A stretch of DNA of 64,000 nt, from positions 51,772,001 to 51,836,000 of the forward strand of contig NC_087436.1 in the NCBI RefSeq assembly GCF_036321535.1, written 5' to 3'. The stretch's first letter is position 1; each line of letters begins with the position of its first letter. A program made the position numbers and the translations under genes. Positions 49,301 through 62,700 of this stretch are shown here, piece after piece. The notes under the pieces were generated by a model that searched no databases, had not been told where the DNA came from, and worked only from the letters and a program-made list of their open reading frames with translations. The DNA is from Camelus dromedarius. Its lineage: Eukaryota.

Positions 49301-49976
49301 TTGAAAACATTAAATATTAAGGGGACTTAAAATTATTAATTTTCCAAAGTTAGAAAAAGTAGACTATAATCTAAGGATAGAAGAATATTTATTAACACAA
49401 CTTAGGATATGTATGTAAAAACAACCACCAAACTGTACACAAGAGGAAAAAAGAAATTAATGGCTATTATCAGTAAGTTTAGGAATACTAAAAGAATGCT
49501 CACACTTTTATTTAATATTTGTTGAAAATGATAATGTAGTAAAACAAGAAAAACTTTCAAATTTGAAGTCAAATTATGACCTACTGAGAATGTCCAAGAA
49601 ATTAGCTAAAATAATTTTTAAATAAGTTTAAAGTATTAGCTGACAAAGTGAGATAAAAAATAATTAGATAAAATTACCTATAAATGATTTTATAAGCACT
49701 AGTGAATGAAATAAGAACTTTTTTCAAATTTATAAAAGAGAAAAATAATTATCGATCTAGGAAATCCAAGATAATTGCTAAAATATTTTTATAAAGAGAA
49801 TTTAATTAGGTGATTTGAAAGAAAACATGTACTCAAAATCAAAACACTTTCTATGAACGTACCATAATTAGTAATTAAACATTATGGCAGAAATTCCCAG
49901 ATAAATCACACAGTTTAAACATACCTGTTTACCTCCACCCTCTCTCAAAATGGCAGTAATTTAAAAGTTTAAGGTG

Positions 49977-51150
49977 TACATCTCAAAAATGTTCTCCTAG
50001 GGCAGTCTACCCAAGCAATAGAAATAAAACAAGAATAAACAAATGGGACCTAAGTAAACTTACAAGGTTCTGCACAGCAAAGGAAACCATAAGCAAAACG
50101 ACAACCTACGGAATGGGAGAACATTTTTGCAAAAGATGAAACTGACAAAGACTTGATTTCCAGAATATATAAGCAACTCATATGACTTAATAAGAAAAAA
50201 AACAAGCAACCCAATCCAAAAATGGGCAGAAGACCTAAATAAGCAACTCTCCAAGGAAGAAATACAAATGATCAATAGGCACATGAGAAAATGCTCAATA
50301 TCACTAATTATCAGAAAAATGCAAATCAAAACTACAATGAGGTATCACCTCACACCAGTCAGAATGGCTATCATTCAAAAGTCCACAAATGATAAATGCT
50401 GGAGAGGCTGTGGAGAAAGGGGAACCCTCCTACACTGCTGGTGGGAATGTAGTTTGGTACAGCCACTGTGGAAAACAGTATGGAGATTCCTCAAAAGACT
50501 AGGAATAGACTTACCATATGACCCAGTAATCTGCTCCTGGGCATATATCCAGAAGGAACCCTACTTCAAAAAGACACCTGCACCCCAATGTTCATAGCAG
50601 CACTATTTATAATAGCCAAGACATGGAAACAGCCTAAATATCCATCAACAGATGACTGGATAAAGAATATGTGGTACATTTATACAATGGAATACTACTC
50701 AGGCATAAAAAATAAAAATAAAGCCACCTGCAGCAACATGGATGCTCCTGGAGAATGTCATTCTAAGTGAAATAGGCCAGACAGAGAAAGAAAAATACCA
50801 TGTGAGAGCTCTCATATGTGGAATCTAAATAAAAAAAAAAAAAGAACATAAAATACAAACAGAAACAGACTCAGAGACATAGAATACAAACTTGTGGTTG
50901 CTCGGGGAGGAGAGGGACAGACTGGGAGTTCGAAATTTGTAGATACTGACAGGCATATGTAGAATAGATAAACAAGACAATACTGTATATCACAGGGAAA
51001 TATGTACAAGATCTTGTGGTAGCTCACAGTGAAAAAGAATGCGACAATGAATATACATATGTTCATGTATAACTGAAAAATTGTGCTCTACAGTGGAAAT
51101 TGACACAACATTGTAAACTGACTATAACTTAATATAAAATAATAAATTAA
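49977..51150 (+). mobile_element. Young 5'-truncated L1 (ORF2 C-terminus and 3' UTR)
   Basis: ORF 50268-50597 encodes the L1 ORF2 Cys-rich region ([18 protein letters not shown]), frameshifted into ORF 50588-50770. Perfect 15-bp TSD TAAAAGTTTAAGGTG at 49962-49976 and 51151-51165. Confidence 0.95.
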
Positions 51151-51479
51151 TAAAAGTTTAAGGTGATTAACTTACAAGGACAAATAGAAAGAGACTAATG
51201 AGAAATGGAAGCAGACAAAGAAAATTATCATAAAATTTCAGAACATTTGAAGGGGGATACCTATAAGTCTAAAAATTTTCAGAAATAAAATAGAATGTCA
51301 TTTGCAATAGAATGGAAATAAAAACAGCATCATTTAATATTGTACTACACCTGTTTAGTTGTCCCCGTTGGGACAGCTCAACTTCCCAACACTGGAGTAA
51401 GCTGGGAGAAGGCTACATGGGACTCTACAATTTTTTCAGCTTCCTATGAGTATATAATTACTTCAAAATAAAATATTTT

Positions 51480-52450
51480 TAAAATAGCACATCAGACACT
51501 TCAACAGCAACACTGGAAGCTAGAAAACAATGAACTAACTTAGCAGTCTTCACAAATCTGATGGGAAATGATTTCCAATCTAGAATTCTATACCCAAGTG
51601 TGGGAACAATGTAGAGATTTTCAAATGTGCAAAGTCTCAATAATTTTACTCCAGTGACCAATTTCTTATAGTACTGGGAACTGTTCCTCATGAAATCAAG
51701 GGAATAAATCCAGAATAGAAATGAAATCCAAGAAATGTGGGATCCAGACAAAAGAGCCTTATGAAATCTTCACACTCATTATGATGAAGGGGCAGCTCTG
51801 GAACATACTGCTGTAAAGCCAATAAGCAAAAAACCAAACTGAGGGAATGGGAGGCTCCCAGAAGCAATATTTCAATAAATACATAAATAAAACTAATATA
51901 TTACCTGTTATGTTTGGACTCTTTGAGAAGAGATTCCTATTCCTGGTAAGAATCTGGGGATAAATTAATAATAGGTGTGTAGAAGAAAACAAAGCAAAAG
52001 AAAAGTGAATCATTTATCAACTAAAAAAATTAAATAAAATAAACAGATGACCAAGCAAAGCAATGTACCATGGATGTGTCAGTTACAAATAATATGAATA
52101 ATGTTACAACAATATAAGCACTGAAGAGCAACTTAACTGAATAACTTTGGAGTGGGGTAGCAGATACAAGAGAACTAAATACTCATCTTTCATAATAGGA
52201 ATCTATGTATAATATTTGAAGCTCAAAGGTCAAAGATAGCAATCTGAGCATGCCTTTAAAATGTAGAGCTAAAAACAAAAATAAAAAGCTAAAACACTAA
52301 AAATGATTTCCATTGGGGTGTAACAATCAGATTGTAGCAGAGCAAAGCAGAGGGCTCTCATTTCTCATTATAATCCTTGAAGAACTATTTGACTTTTTAA
52401 ATTGTACACATGAAATACTTTGAATAAAATTAGATTAAATTTAAAATAAA
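51480..52450 (+). mobile_element. HAL1-like (half-L1) remnant
   Basis: ORF1 C-terminal motif CAACAGCAACACTGGAAGCTAGAAAACAATG...TTCCAATCTAGAATTCTATACCCA is followed by non-ORF2 sequence resembling the recalled HAL1 3' region. Confidence 0.5.
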
Positions 52451-53199
52451 AGATAAAGAAGCCCCTAGGTTTCTCTTGACAGGATGTGGGCAATACCTAA
52501 TTCATCTACCTTCTCATTTAGTTGAGGAAACAGATTTTTAAGATTCAAAATTTCAGAAGCACTGGACACTTAATTTGTAAAAGCAACGCATTTTCACAGA
52601 GTCAGATAGTAATGGAATTAGTAAAAATCTCAAAAAATCCTTGGTAAGGGAGATGCAGGAGTAGAGAACACAGGAGCAAATCTTCCACATTGTGGACATA
52701 GATTCCCTTGACTTACCAGAAAGAGAGAAGCCTCCAACTCAGGGTGTCAGAACTGCTTTTTTAGTAGAATCACAGCTTTTCCAATAACCTCCTCCCCATC
52801 CTTCCCTTTAACAATCTTTTGGGCTCCAATTCAGGAAATTATTTGCTCTAAAAGGCACTTACATGTGGGTATCTTGTTGACCCAAGAAGGTTTATGGAAT
52901 GAAGGACTTGAGAAATTACAGTGTGGTTTGTTTTGGGGGTTAGTTTATTTTAATTCACCATTTCTAATAAAGAAAGAGTCAAAAAAAAAAAAAAACTTAA
53001 GACAATTTTAAAAGTAAAATTTACTTCTCACCAAAATAACCTCAAGAAATAAAACTAGGAATTCCTCTTTCTGCCTAAAATATTCAAATTAAATACCTAC
53101 AGAGGAGCTGAAATCTGGTTAGGGGCTCCACAGGTTAAAACAAAGGAGGAATCTTTTATTCCAGGTCTTTCCTAAAGACCTTGTCAAAAATTGCAAGCA

Positions 53200-53440
53200 C
53201 CTTCACACCTCCCTCACTTCCTACACACTATGTTTACTTTTTTCCCAGAGGACTTATCATCATCTAACATACTATACATTTTACTTACATATATTTGATT
53301 CCCTTTCCCCTTCCCCTACAATAAAAATGTAAATTCCATGAGGATGGAGATTTGTCTATGTTTTCATTGATGTAGCCCAATGGCTAGAATGATGACTGGC
53401 ACATAGTAGAAAATAACTATTTAGTGAATCAGTGAGTAAA
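53200..53440 (+). mobile_element. LINE-2 3' end
   Basis: AATGTAAATTCCATGAGG...TTCATTGATGTAGCCCAATGGCTAGAATGATGACTGGCACATAGTAG. Confidence 0.75.
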
Positions 53441-53514
53441 TTAGAACAGGAGCCAGGAGGAGAAAAAAAGGAGCCAGGGACAAGCCACACACTCCATTTA
53501 TAGATCAGGCCTGG

Positions 53515-54078
53515 TAAGAACTCATATGACTGAATAAAGAAGTTGTGGTATATATGCACAACAGAATACTACTCAACCATGAAAAGGAATAAAATAATGC
53601 CATTTGCTGCAACATGGATGGATCTGGAGATCGTTAATCTAAGTGAAGGAAACCAGAAACAGAAAGAAAAATACCATATGATATCATTCATATGTGGAAT
53701 CTAAAAAAAAAAAAAAAAAAAAAGAGAGAGAGAGACAAATGAACTTACTTATTTACAGAACAGAAACAGACACAGAAAACAAACTTATGGTTACCAAGGA
53801 GGAAGGGGTGGGAAGGGATAAATTAGGAGTTTGGGATTTTCAGATACTAACTACTATATATAAAACAGATAAACAATAAGTCTATACTGTATAGCACAGG
53901 GAGCTATATTAAATATCTGGTAGTAACTGATAAAGAAAAAGAATATGAAAGCAAACATATGTACGTGTATGTATGACTGAAGCTTTACGCTGTACACCAG
54001 AAATTGACACAACATTGTAAACTGACTATACTTCAGTTAAAAAAAAAAGGTCAAAAAAATTTTTTAAAGAGAAAAAAA
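53515..54078 (+). mobile_element. 5'-truncated cetartiodactyl L1 3' end
   Basis: Colinear with the 50650-51150 copy. Probable TSD AGAT(C/G)AGGCCT at 53502-53512 and 54079-54089. Confidence 0.9.
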
Positions 54079-55039
54079 AGATGAGGCCTATAAAAATGAC
54101 TTATCTAGGGGAACTATCATGTGGCAGGTATTTTTAAATATTTTTATATTTTTAATAGATGATATATTCAAATGTTTCAGAATCAAAACCATGTAAAGAG
54201 ACAGAAGCAGGGAAATCCTGCTCCCACCCCAGTCCCCATCCTCCCCATTCCTGTCAGTCAGCACTCTCCTCAGTTCCTGTGCTTTCTTCCAGGATTACTT
54301 TCTATAAATTGTTATTCTTCCTTATTTCAGAAGCAGTTTTTTGATTCATGTTTCAAAATGTTTGTTCTGGTCCATGTTTTGATTTTCTTCTTCAGGAATT
54401 TCAAGTGTGTACATGTTAAATCTCTTTTGTCTGTCTCCTAAGTATAAAATTTCTCCCTAATCTTTTGAAATCTTTCTTGTTTGCTGCCTCATTTTGTTTG
54501 CTTTTGCCATTAACCCATCTCATTCTTGTCATGCTTTCTGTAATGTCTATTCACTCTTAAGTCCTTTTAATTTGGTCTCTATTTCTGAAATGATCTCATT
54601 TACTTCTAGTTCTTTCCTGTATTCTTCTATTTTCCATTTTCCCCTCTGTTTTCTGGTCTTGGTTCCAATTGCCTGGCCATATTGTCTGCCAAGTTCTTGT
54701 ATTATTTCTTCAGTCTGCCTTCATAGCTGCAATTACTTCATGACATTTTTCTTACTCAATTTACAATTAGGTTATTCTTTTCTTCTATCTTGTGGCAAAA
54801 TTTTTCTGGCATTTTTTGCATATGTAAAGAAGTTTTTCCACACATTATTTGTTCATAGTTTCATCATACAGAAATTGGATGTATCCCTTCACATAATTCA
54901 TCTTTGAAGTAGCTGAATTCTTTGAAACTAGCTATTAGCAAGAAGCTCCTGGAATAGAGGAGAAAGGCCAAGGCAGCTGCCCAGGTTTCACTGGTAGAGG
55001 GATCTCTCTTTCGTTTCCTTAAAATATAACCCCTCTGGG

Positions 55040-55240
55040 GCTGTGGGGAGTGTAGAATGGGGACTTGTTGTTTACTGGGGATGGAGTTTCAGTTCTGCAA
55101 GATGAAAAGAGTTCTGAGGATTGACTGTGCAACAATGTGAACATACTTAACACTACTGAATAGTACACTAAAAAAATGGTTACGATTGTAAATATTCTTA
55201 TGTGTATTTTACTAAAATTAAAAGTTTTTTTAATTTAAAA
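55040..55240 (+). mobile_element. L1MB-type 3' end
   Basis: GGAGTTTCAGTTCTGCAAGATGAAAAGAGTTCTG...CAACAATGTGAACATACTTAACACTACTGAA. Confidence 0.8.
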
Positions 55241-56099
55241 TATGCCACTTTTACATCCCAGAACCCAACCTCATTCACAGGGCCTCTCATCCCTGGCTTC
55301 CCTGGCACTCTCCCTGGATGAAATTGTGAAGGGACACAATTTCCTTTTGGATGTATTCCTTTTCTTCTAGGAGGACGTGCTCTCTGAGATCTGCCATTTT
55401 AGGATGTCTCTTTGAACTTTCCTTTCACTCTTTCTCTGCCTCCCCAGGTACTCCCAAATCTATGTAACTTCAATTCTACCTACAGAAATTCCAGTTTAGG
55501 AAGGGATAACTCTCATTCTGGAAGTAAAGATTTGGAAGTTTCTGAGACCTATCACTACTCAGTTTTAATCAAATCAGATTCTAGGTGAGGTGAAGTTGAA
55601 GGGAGAATATGATGATACTAGCTTACTTCAATAAAGCTCTTAACAGGATACCAATAGAAAATAGCAACAAAAAAAAAAAGGAATTAAGGACATTTTGTAA
55701 AAGGTAGCAGTATAAAGGTGACTATCAGAACCAAAGTACAAACATTTATATATATGTAATAGAGATAGATGTAGAAAATTATGTGGGAAGACAGAGAGAC
55801 AGTTATAGGCATAAGATAATTAAGAGGTTTTGTAGTAGTTTAGGCAAGAAATGTTGGTGGCGTATAGGAGAAGGTGACAGGGCAGAGAAGCTGACATATT
55901 TCAGATACACAGAGGAAAAGGAGTTGGAGACATCACTGCTGCTTTGTGCTGTGAGGATATGAGAGCAATGTCACAAGCCATGATGTTACAGGGCACCAGA
56001 GGAGAGCACCCGGGGAGAGAAACATGGACACTGCCTCCATGGTATCACAGGGTGAGGGCAAACAAAAATAGTTGCAATTGCATATTGGAGTTGCTTTCT

Positions 56100-57110
56100 A
56101 ATGACATGCATTTTCTCTAAAGTTGTCACACGTATCAGTGGAGAAAGAATATATATTACTTATTGGAAACCACTGAGCCAAATGCAAACTATTCGGGAGC
56201 AAAATACAATTAGAGCCAAACCTCAAACTATACTCCAGAATAAATTTCAGGTATATTAAAAAGTTATATACAACAATCCAAAAAGGCTTAAGAAATATAT
56301 AGTGAATATATTTCATCTTGACTTGAACAGGGAATAAAAGCAAGAACAGGAGCCATAAAGAACAGCAAATATGACCATATAAAAATGAAATACATACAGT
56401 TAAAAAATCAAATATTTTACAAGTTAAAAATAAACCACTAGGAAATAATTACATAATATCTGGATAAACAGGGGTTTAACATCCTTGATTAAAATATTCT
56501 TAGAAATGATTAAGAAAAAAATGAGAATGCCTGTTGAAAAAAATAGGCAAAAGAATATAAATAGGCAACCTCAAAAAATAAAGAAAAATAAGGCCATTAC
56601 CCTTAGGGACAAATATTCATCTTCAATAGCAATCAAAGAAGTGCAAATTAAATACTAAGTCACCCTTTTTATCTATCAATTTGTGAAATACGTTTATTTT
56701 TAAAACCCTGTGAGGATACAAAGCAAATAGTATTCTCATTATATATAAAAGTTACATACATATTTATAATAACATTACTCATAATGTTAAAAATGAGACA
56801 AAGGTTCTGAAACATGGAGTGGCCAAATATTCATTCATGTAATAGAATATTTTGCTGACATTAAAAATCAAGGCATAGAACAATGTTCAATGACTTGAAA
56901 AATTGATCTCAATAATGCTGAATGGAAAGATGAAATTACCACACAGCATATATAGTATGATTCCAAATTTTTTACTGGTATGTTTAATAGGAAGATTAGA
57001 AAGATAATTATAAAATATTAACAATAGTTATATATGTTCACCTTTTTATACATGTTTGTATGTTCTAAACTTTTCACAGAAAAACTATAATCTTTTGTAA
57101 GTGAGAAAAA
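56100..57110 (+). mobile_element. Ancient L1ME ORF2/3' remnant
   Basis: AAATAGGCAAAAGAATATAAATAGGCAA...AATCAAAGAAGTGCAAATTAAA. Confidence 0.6.
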
Positions 57111-57447
57111 AATCATTGAATTAATGCATAAAGAAAATTGGTTTCCAAATTTTCCCTTCTTTATCATTCCTTTTTATCCTCCACCCTTTGTATTGTCTTT
57201 CCCTCTCAACCACTCTTTCCCATTATAAAGACTTCTTAGATACATTTCTAAGTTTTAAATGGAAGAACCTGTTGGAAAAGAGGAGATGACACACACATCT
57301 ATGTGATTGTTGTATGTAAATATTTCTAGTTATTTATATTTATAAATTATCCATAGTATTGAAATTTATGAAACATGAATTCCTGAATTTTAAAGCATAA
57401 TTTTTAGAATAGTTTACATTTCACATGACTAAGGCAGTTTTTCTTTA

Positions 57448-57630
57448 AATCTGGTTTTGGAAACCTAACTGTACATCAGAATCACTGGAGGAACTTTTAA
57501 GATTACAAGCCCTGGGCCCACTCCAGGAGGTTTTAAGTCAGCAGTTCTGGTGTCCACTTAGAAATCTGTACTTCTGAGGTCTCAGATGATTATTCTAGTA
57601 AGCCCGTTCAGGATAATGAGGCTTTGGGTG
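57448..57630. mobile_element. MER5-type hAT-Charlie MITE
   Basis: CTGTACATCAGAATCACTGGAGGAACTTTTAAGATTACAAGCCCTGGGCCCACTCCAG. Confidence 0.6.
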
Positions 57631-58849
57631 ATTAATAATTCCATTCTTTGACTTCTTCCACCTTTCACTAATGAATGAATAACAATACTAGTAACTCTGG
57701 GCAAATTGTAAAGTGAAGTGAGTGTCTTTAAAAACTGACGTAATTTAAATTAAGATGGGCTAAAGGAAACTTACAAAGCCATTTCTCTAATCATTTCTAT
57801 ATAGCTTGCATGGACCTGAAAAGTTACTCAGCAGAATTATGATAATATTCTAACTCTACATCTACAAAAGTTATATAAATAAACCTTCCATATAGAGATA
57901 ACTGGTAACAAAAGTCTGTTTTAACCATTAGTGGAGAAAACAGCCAAGAGCTGACATCTGTACTATTCTAAAAGTATTGTTTCCCTTATTTTGGAATCTT
58001 TTATTTTGTAAGAAAACTATAGACAATAGGTAGTGGAATGAAAGGCCTATAAGAGATCTTAATCACCGAATTAAGTAAAATGATTACTTATGTTAAGTTA
58101 ATAAAATTTTGTAGGTTAAAATTTTAAAAACAGAATATGTACATCTTGGAGAAATGTTTGCAGGCAGAAATTTCCTCTAGAAAACCGATTTTTTTTCTTG
58201 TACACAGCCATAATGTCTTATAGAATTAGAATTCTACATTCTAATAGAAAATATGCTGTTTAATATTGTGCATTGGTGGTTTTATAAGGAAAAAGTCATG
58301 AGGCTAGACTTGCTAATGTATCAGCAGAGGAAACGGTAGAGGTGTTCAACTGATGCTTACGTGATTTAAGTAGGGCTTGAAGCAAGGTTTTAAGGCAGAT
58401 TTTACCAGCTGTTCGAGACTAGACAACTTGCATTCTAAAATTTATAAACCTTTTCAAAGTCTGGGATTAATAGAAGGTTTGAAGGATATGGAGAGAGATG
58501 ACATTAACATTTAAAAGAATGCAAGGGGGTAAAAAAGGTTTCAGCCAACTATGGTGTTACTGCTATTCTGTTCAGGAGAATTATTTTTTACAAAGAAGCT
58601 AGAAATTGAAATTTGAATTAATCTATAATGGGTGTCATTCATTTGCAACTGCAGCAGCTAGAACAGTGACTTAAATTTTATTTTGTCATATGGAAAAAAA
58701 TTGTTAAGAAGAGACGGAGGCTACTGCTTGGTGTTCTGGGAAGAACATTAGAGTTGAGTGATCTGAGAGCTTCTTCAGGTCTCCCACAAATTTGCTGTTT
58801 TAACTTGAGAAAACCACTTACATTCCATGAGCATTAATTTAGTGATCAT

Positions 58850-59100
58850 GTGTAGACACAGGATGGTGGTTCAAAGCTTGGATTGTGGGGCAAGTTGCCC
58901 CACGTCCGAACCTCAGCTACGCCACATACAGGATTTGCAATCTTGCACAAATTAGTATTTTTGTGCCTTGGTTTCCTTGTGTGTGGGATGGGAATAGTAA
59001 TAGCACTTACTTCACAGGGTTACTGAGAGAGTTACATGATTTATTACAGATTAAACACTTAGAAGAATGCCTGAAACATAGTAATTGTTTTAGCAATTAT
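58850..59100 (+). mobile_element. MIR
   Basis: TTTGTGCCTTGGTTTCCTTGTGTGTGGGATGGGAATAGTAATAGCACTTACTTCACAGGGTTACTGAGAG. Confidence 0.75.
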
Positions 59101-59369
59101 GTGGTGAGAATTTGGATCTAGAATTTAGTGGTTTTCAAAATTACTTTAAGCTATGGGACTCTGGTTCAAATGAAATGCCACATGGATGGCTAAACAATAA
59201 AACAGATGAAATAAAAGGTGTTTACATGGACAGGCACAGAGAAGTTGAGAATCATGCGTTCCTTCTTTCCAATCCTTCCCAGACAACTGCCTGAACATCA
59301 AGAAACAATAAAGCGATGGAGCACAGTTTAAAAATACTAATGAGCTCTTCCAAATTTGTCAAAAATGGC

Positions 59370-59745
59370 GTATCAGTTGGGAATTGAGGCTAGTCACAGA
59401 AATCCGACAACAGTGGTTTAAACACATGAATTTATTCTCTAATCTAGAAGAAGTTCAGCACGGCAGCTCTCTAGTGCCACCAGGAAACCACACTGTCCCT
59501 GTCCTCTAGAGCTCCAGTCATCATATTCATGATCCAGACAGAAAATTATAGGAAGGGGCAAGGGGGAAAATTGCTTTCTAATAAGCCTCATCCAACATCT
59601 CTTGTTGACATCCCAGCATTCATCCCCAGACACAGAGGAGACTGGGAAACATAATCTTTTACTTGGATGTGTTTCTACCTGGAATGAAGGTAAGGGTTCT
59701 GTTACTGTTGAAGGAGAGAATGGTCTATGCTAGGTAATTACCTTC
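59370..59745 (-). mobile_element. MLT1J/K-type MaLR LTR
   Basis: ACAACAGTGGTTTAAACA...GGAGACTGGGAAACATAATCTTT...GGGTTCTGTTACT...GGAGAGAATGG. Confidence 0.65.
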
Positions 59746-62700
59746 TGTATACTAATTTTAAAATGCCATTATGTTTTACGAGTAAAAGGATTGTTAAGGC
59801 TGCCTTGTAGATCAAGGAAACTGGGAAAAGTATAGTGCATCAATCAAAATCTGACTCTTTTAATTGGTTTTTAATCACCAACAATTTTTATGTGGTTTCT
59901 GAAAAAGTGTATTAATCCCTGTGGTGATTAAAATAATTCTCAATTAATGTATGCCAGTAAGTTCTGAGGTATTTTCTTGTTGGCCAGGGGAGTCAAAGGT
60001 TAAATAGATGTCCATTTATAAAATGAAGGTTAACTTGCAAGTATAAAATTGATAACGTATGCATGTAGTAGAGCATAATGTCTAGCACATATTTAATTTA
60101 CAATAGGTGATGCTTCTTTATTTCCCATTTATTACTCTGAACTTCAATTTCTTCATCTACATTATGAGGTATTTAAGCCAAATGATACCTGAGGTTTCAT
60201 AAAATTCAAACATCTTATGAAACAATAAGAAAATCCCAGAAAATGAAAACTATTTTAGGGAAGGGCTTTAGATGCCACAAAAAATAAGCACTAAATACAT
60301 GACTTTAGGAGTCAAAGCTTTTACATATAAAGCAGACCAGATGTAATACCAGGATATGACTACAGCTAATTAGTCCTCAAAGGTAAACTTTTGGGAGAAG
60401 TATATTTTGCCCCATTGCCAAACTGAATTTATACAACTGGAAAAAAGAGGGGAAAAAAAAACCTTTTCTCCCTCACACAATTCATTATGCCTAGCTTAGT
60501 TAATTACTATTATTTTAAAAATATTTTTGGAATAATTAAAAACACTGGAAAATGTTCAAGAAAGGTAAGTGAGAAAAACCATGACACTAACATCCTGATT
60601 TTTTTTTAACTTAGCATTACATCCCAAAAATGTCCCAAGTTATTCAAAATTCTGCCAAAATACTGTGTGTAATGGCTGTGGAATATTCCATTGGATATAG
60701 CTAGCTCAGTTAATTAGAAATTACCAATTCTCTAGTCAGATTCTTTGAGATTCTACTATTTACAAGGTTACTGCAATTTCTAGGACTTTATGAGAAATAC
60801 AAATGAAATAGAAGATGGAGTGTCTGCCCTAGATAGTCTTGAAGCACGCAAGTAAGGGAGCACTAGGTTAAAAAATATTCACTGAGCTTCAAATATTCAC
60901 TGAACCTCTACTACAAGAAACTGGGTATTAAATGTTGAGTAAGACCCAAGGCTTGATATCAAGGTGGGTCTACCCATCAAATGTTATGTCCAGGGTCACT
61001 GTACTCCTTGCACAAATAATGTTACATCATTACTCAAAATCCACCCTAAAACATTATCTACCAAACAGCACTTCCTGTTCCCTGGGTCTTCCATTCTTGT
61101 CCATACGTAAGGTTGACTCATTTCTTCAGACCAAGGAGACTTCCACTCCTGGACAGAACAGATCGTTGGAGAGTTTTCACAGGCTACTTTTTCTTACTAG
61201 TGCTGGAAGCAAAAGATCTTACTGAATAATGAACTTTCTCCTTTGAGCATTATGAAAATCAACTCCTGGAATTTGTAAGAAAATCAAATTGGGGGAAAAA
61301 TTCTGCTTAAATCTTGGGGAAAAACCCCACAAAAAGTCAAATCCCAGTTAAAAGAAGTAAAATGAGAATTAAGATATTTGACAAGCTCAGTTCTCCAAGA
61401 AAAGAGATGATAAATATAGAGATGGTGTGTTATGCTGAGCTTAGGTTTTTTCATTATCTGCTTTCTACAGAATCCTCTCTCTTTTTCCTTTTCTCTTTTT
61501 TGCCTTGAATTTCTAGTTTTGAGTCTCTTGGAAGTGAAAAACAGCTGTAGGTGCCAGGCGGAGCATGATATATATCTTATATTAGATACTAAATCTCAGA
61601 GTCTTCCCTTTCCTTACATACAGTACCTTCAGGAGGCTTGGGAGATGTCTTTATCACTGTCCTTTGATTTTGATTATGTATTTTATACTTTAAAATCAAT
61701 ACTCAAATCTCTGAACAAGTTGGAGTGTTGCTGTTTGCTGCTGTTGTTTGGTTAGAGGTGCTCCAAGTAAGGGTATGATCTATGCCTGGGTAATGGATAG
61801 AGTCAGAAGAGAGGAGGGATGCCCCCTACCCCAAAATAAACAGACCATCACTAATATAAATTTTGGGTATTCACTATGATCATGCACTGGACAAATCTAA
61901 ACACCTTCTGAGCGCTACAGAGCTACCAAACTCATGGACTGAAATGTCACTCTGCATTTTCTAATCATATACAAAATTTAAAAGACTGGTCTATAGTAGA
62001 AATATATTAATCTGTGCTTCTATCCTGAAATAGAATGACTAAGATCTTAGAACTGGTTTTTATTAAAATTTTATTTTGAAATTTTGTTCTCATCTAGAGT
62101 AAGAAGGAAAAGTAAATTCTTGTAAGATAAGAGGTACCAAAGAAATAAGGCAGTTAGAATTCAATGACAAGTGGCAGGATTAAAACTCTCTACGCAGGAA
62201 ATAAGTTGACGATACGATGATGTTAAATGGAATTGAGACACTACTGAATTAAGGATTAAATCACCTTCAAAATATAGATTGTAAAGTACCTGAGAAAAGG
62301 ACCTTGAAGACTGGTAACCAGCTGAGTACCATGTTTTGGAGAATAAAAGTTCTGTATTCTACAGAATAGGTATGTAGAGCATATATTATATGGATGCATG
62401 GTCATACATGGTATAAATGTATGTTTCAGTATAAAGTTCATCATTTGGTTTATAAAGAAGACTGGATTATAGTCCACTAGAATTAGTATTATATATGGGT
62501 TTTTCCTTGAGACTGTGATTAAACGTAATGAGATAATTCAGAACTAGTAAAGTAAGAGCTGGTAGAAAAGGCTGGCTTTAGTGAAAACAAAGAAAATTGC
62601 TATAAAGAAGTAACAGAAGAAAGATCCACAGTTACTCTTTAGATTGAGGATAGTATCTCAACAACTTTCTAACTCTAAAATATAGGCCCAAGTAAACAGC

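Noticed and set aside
50268..50770. 109-aa and 60-aa ORFs with a Cys/His motif
   Set aside because: Frameshifted C-terminus of L1 ORF2 in a 5'-truncated, promoterless copy. The same applies to 43187-43387.
54494..54907. 137-aa hydrophobic ORF resembling a membrane protein
   Set aside because: T-rich antisense reading of an old L1/HAL1 ORF1-like region; the hydrophobicity is compositional.
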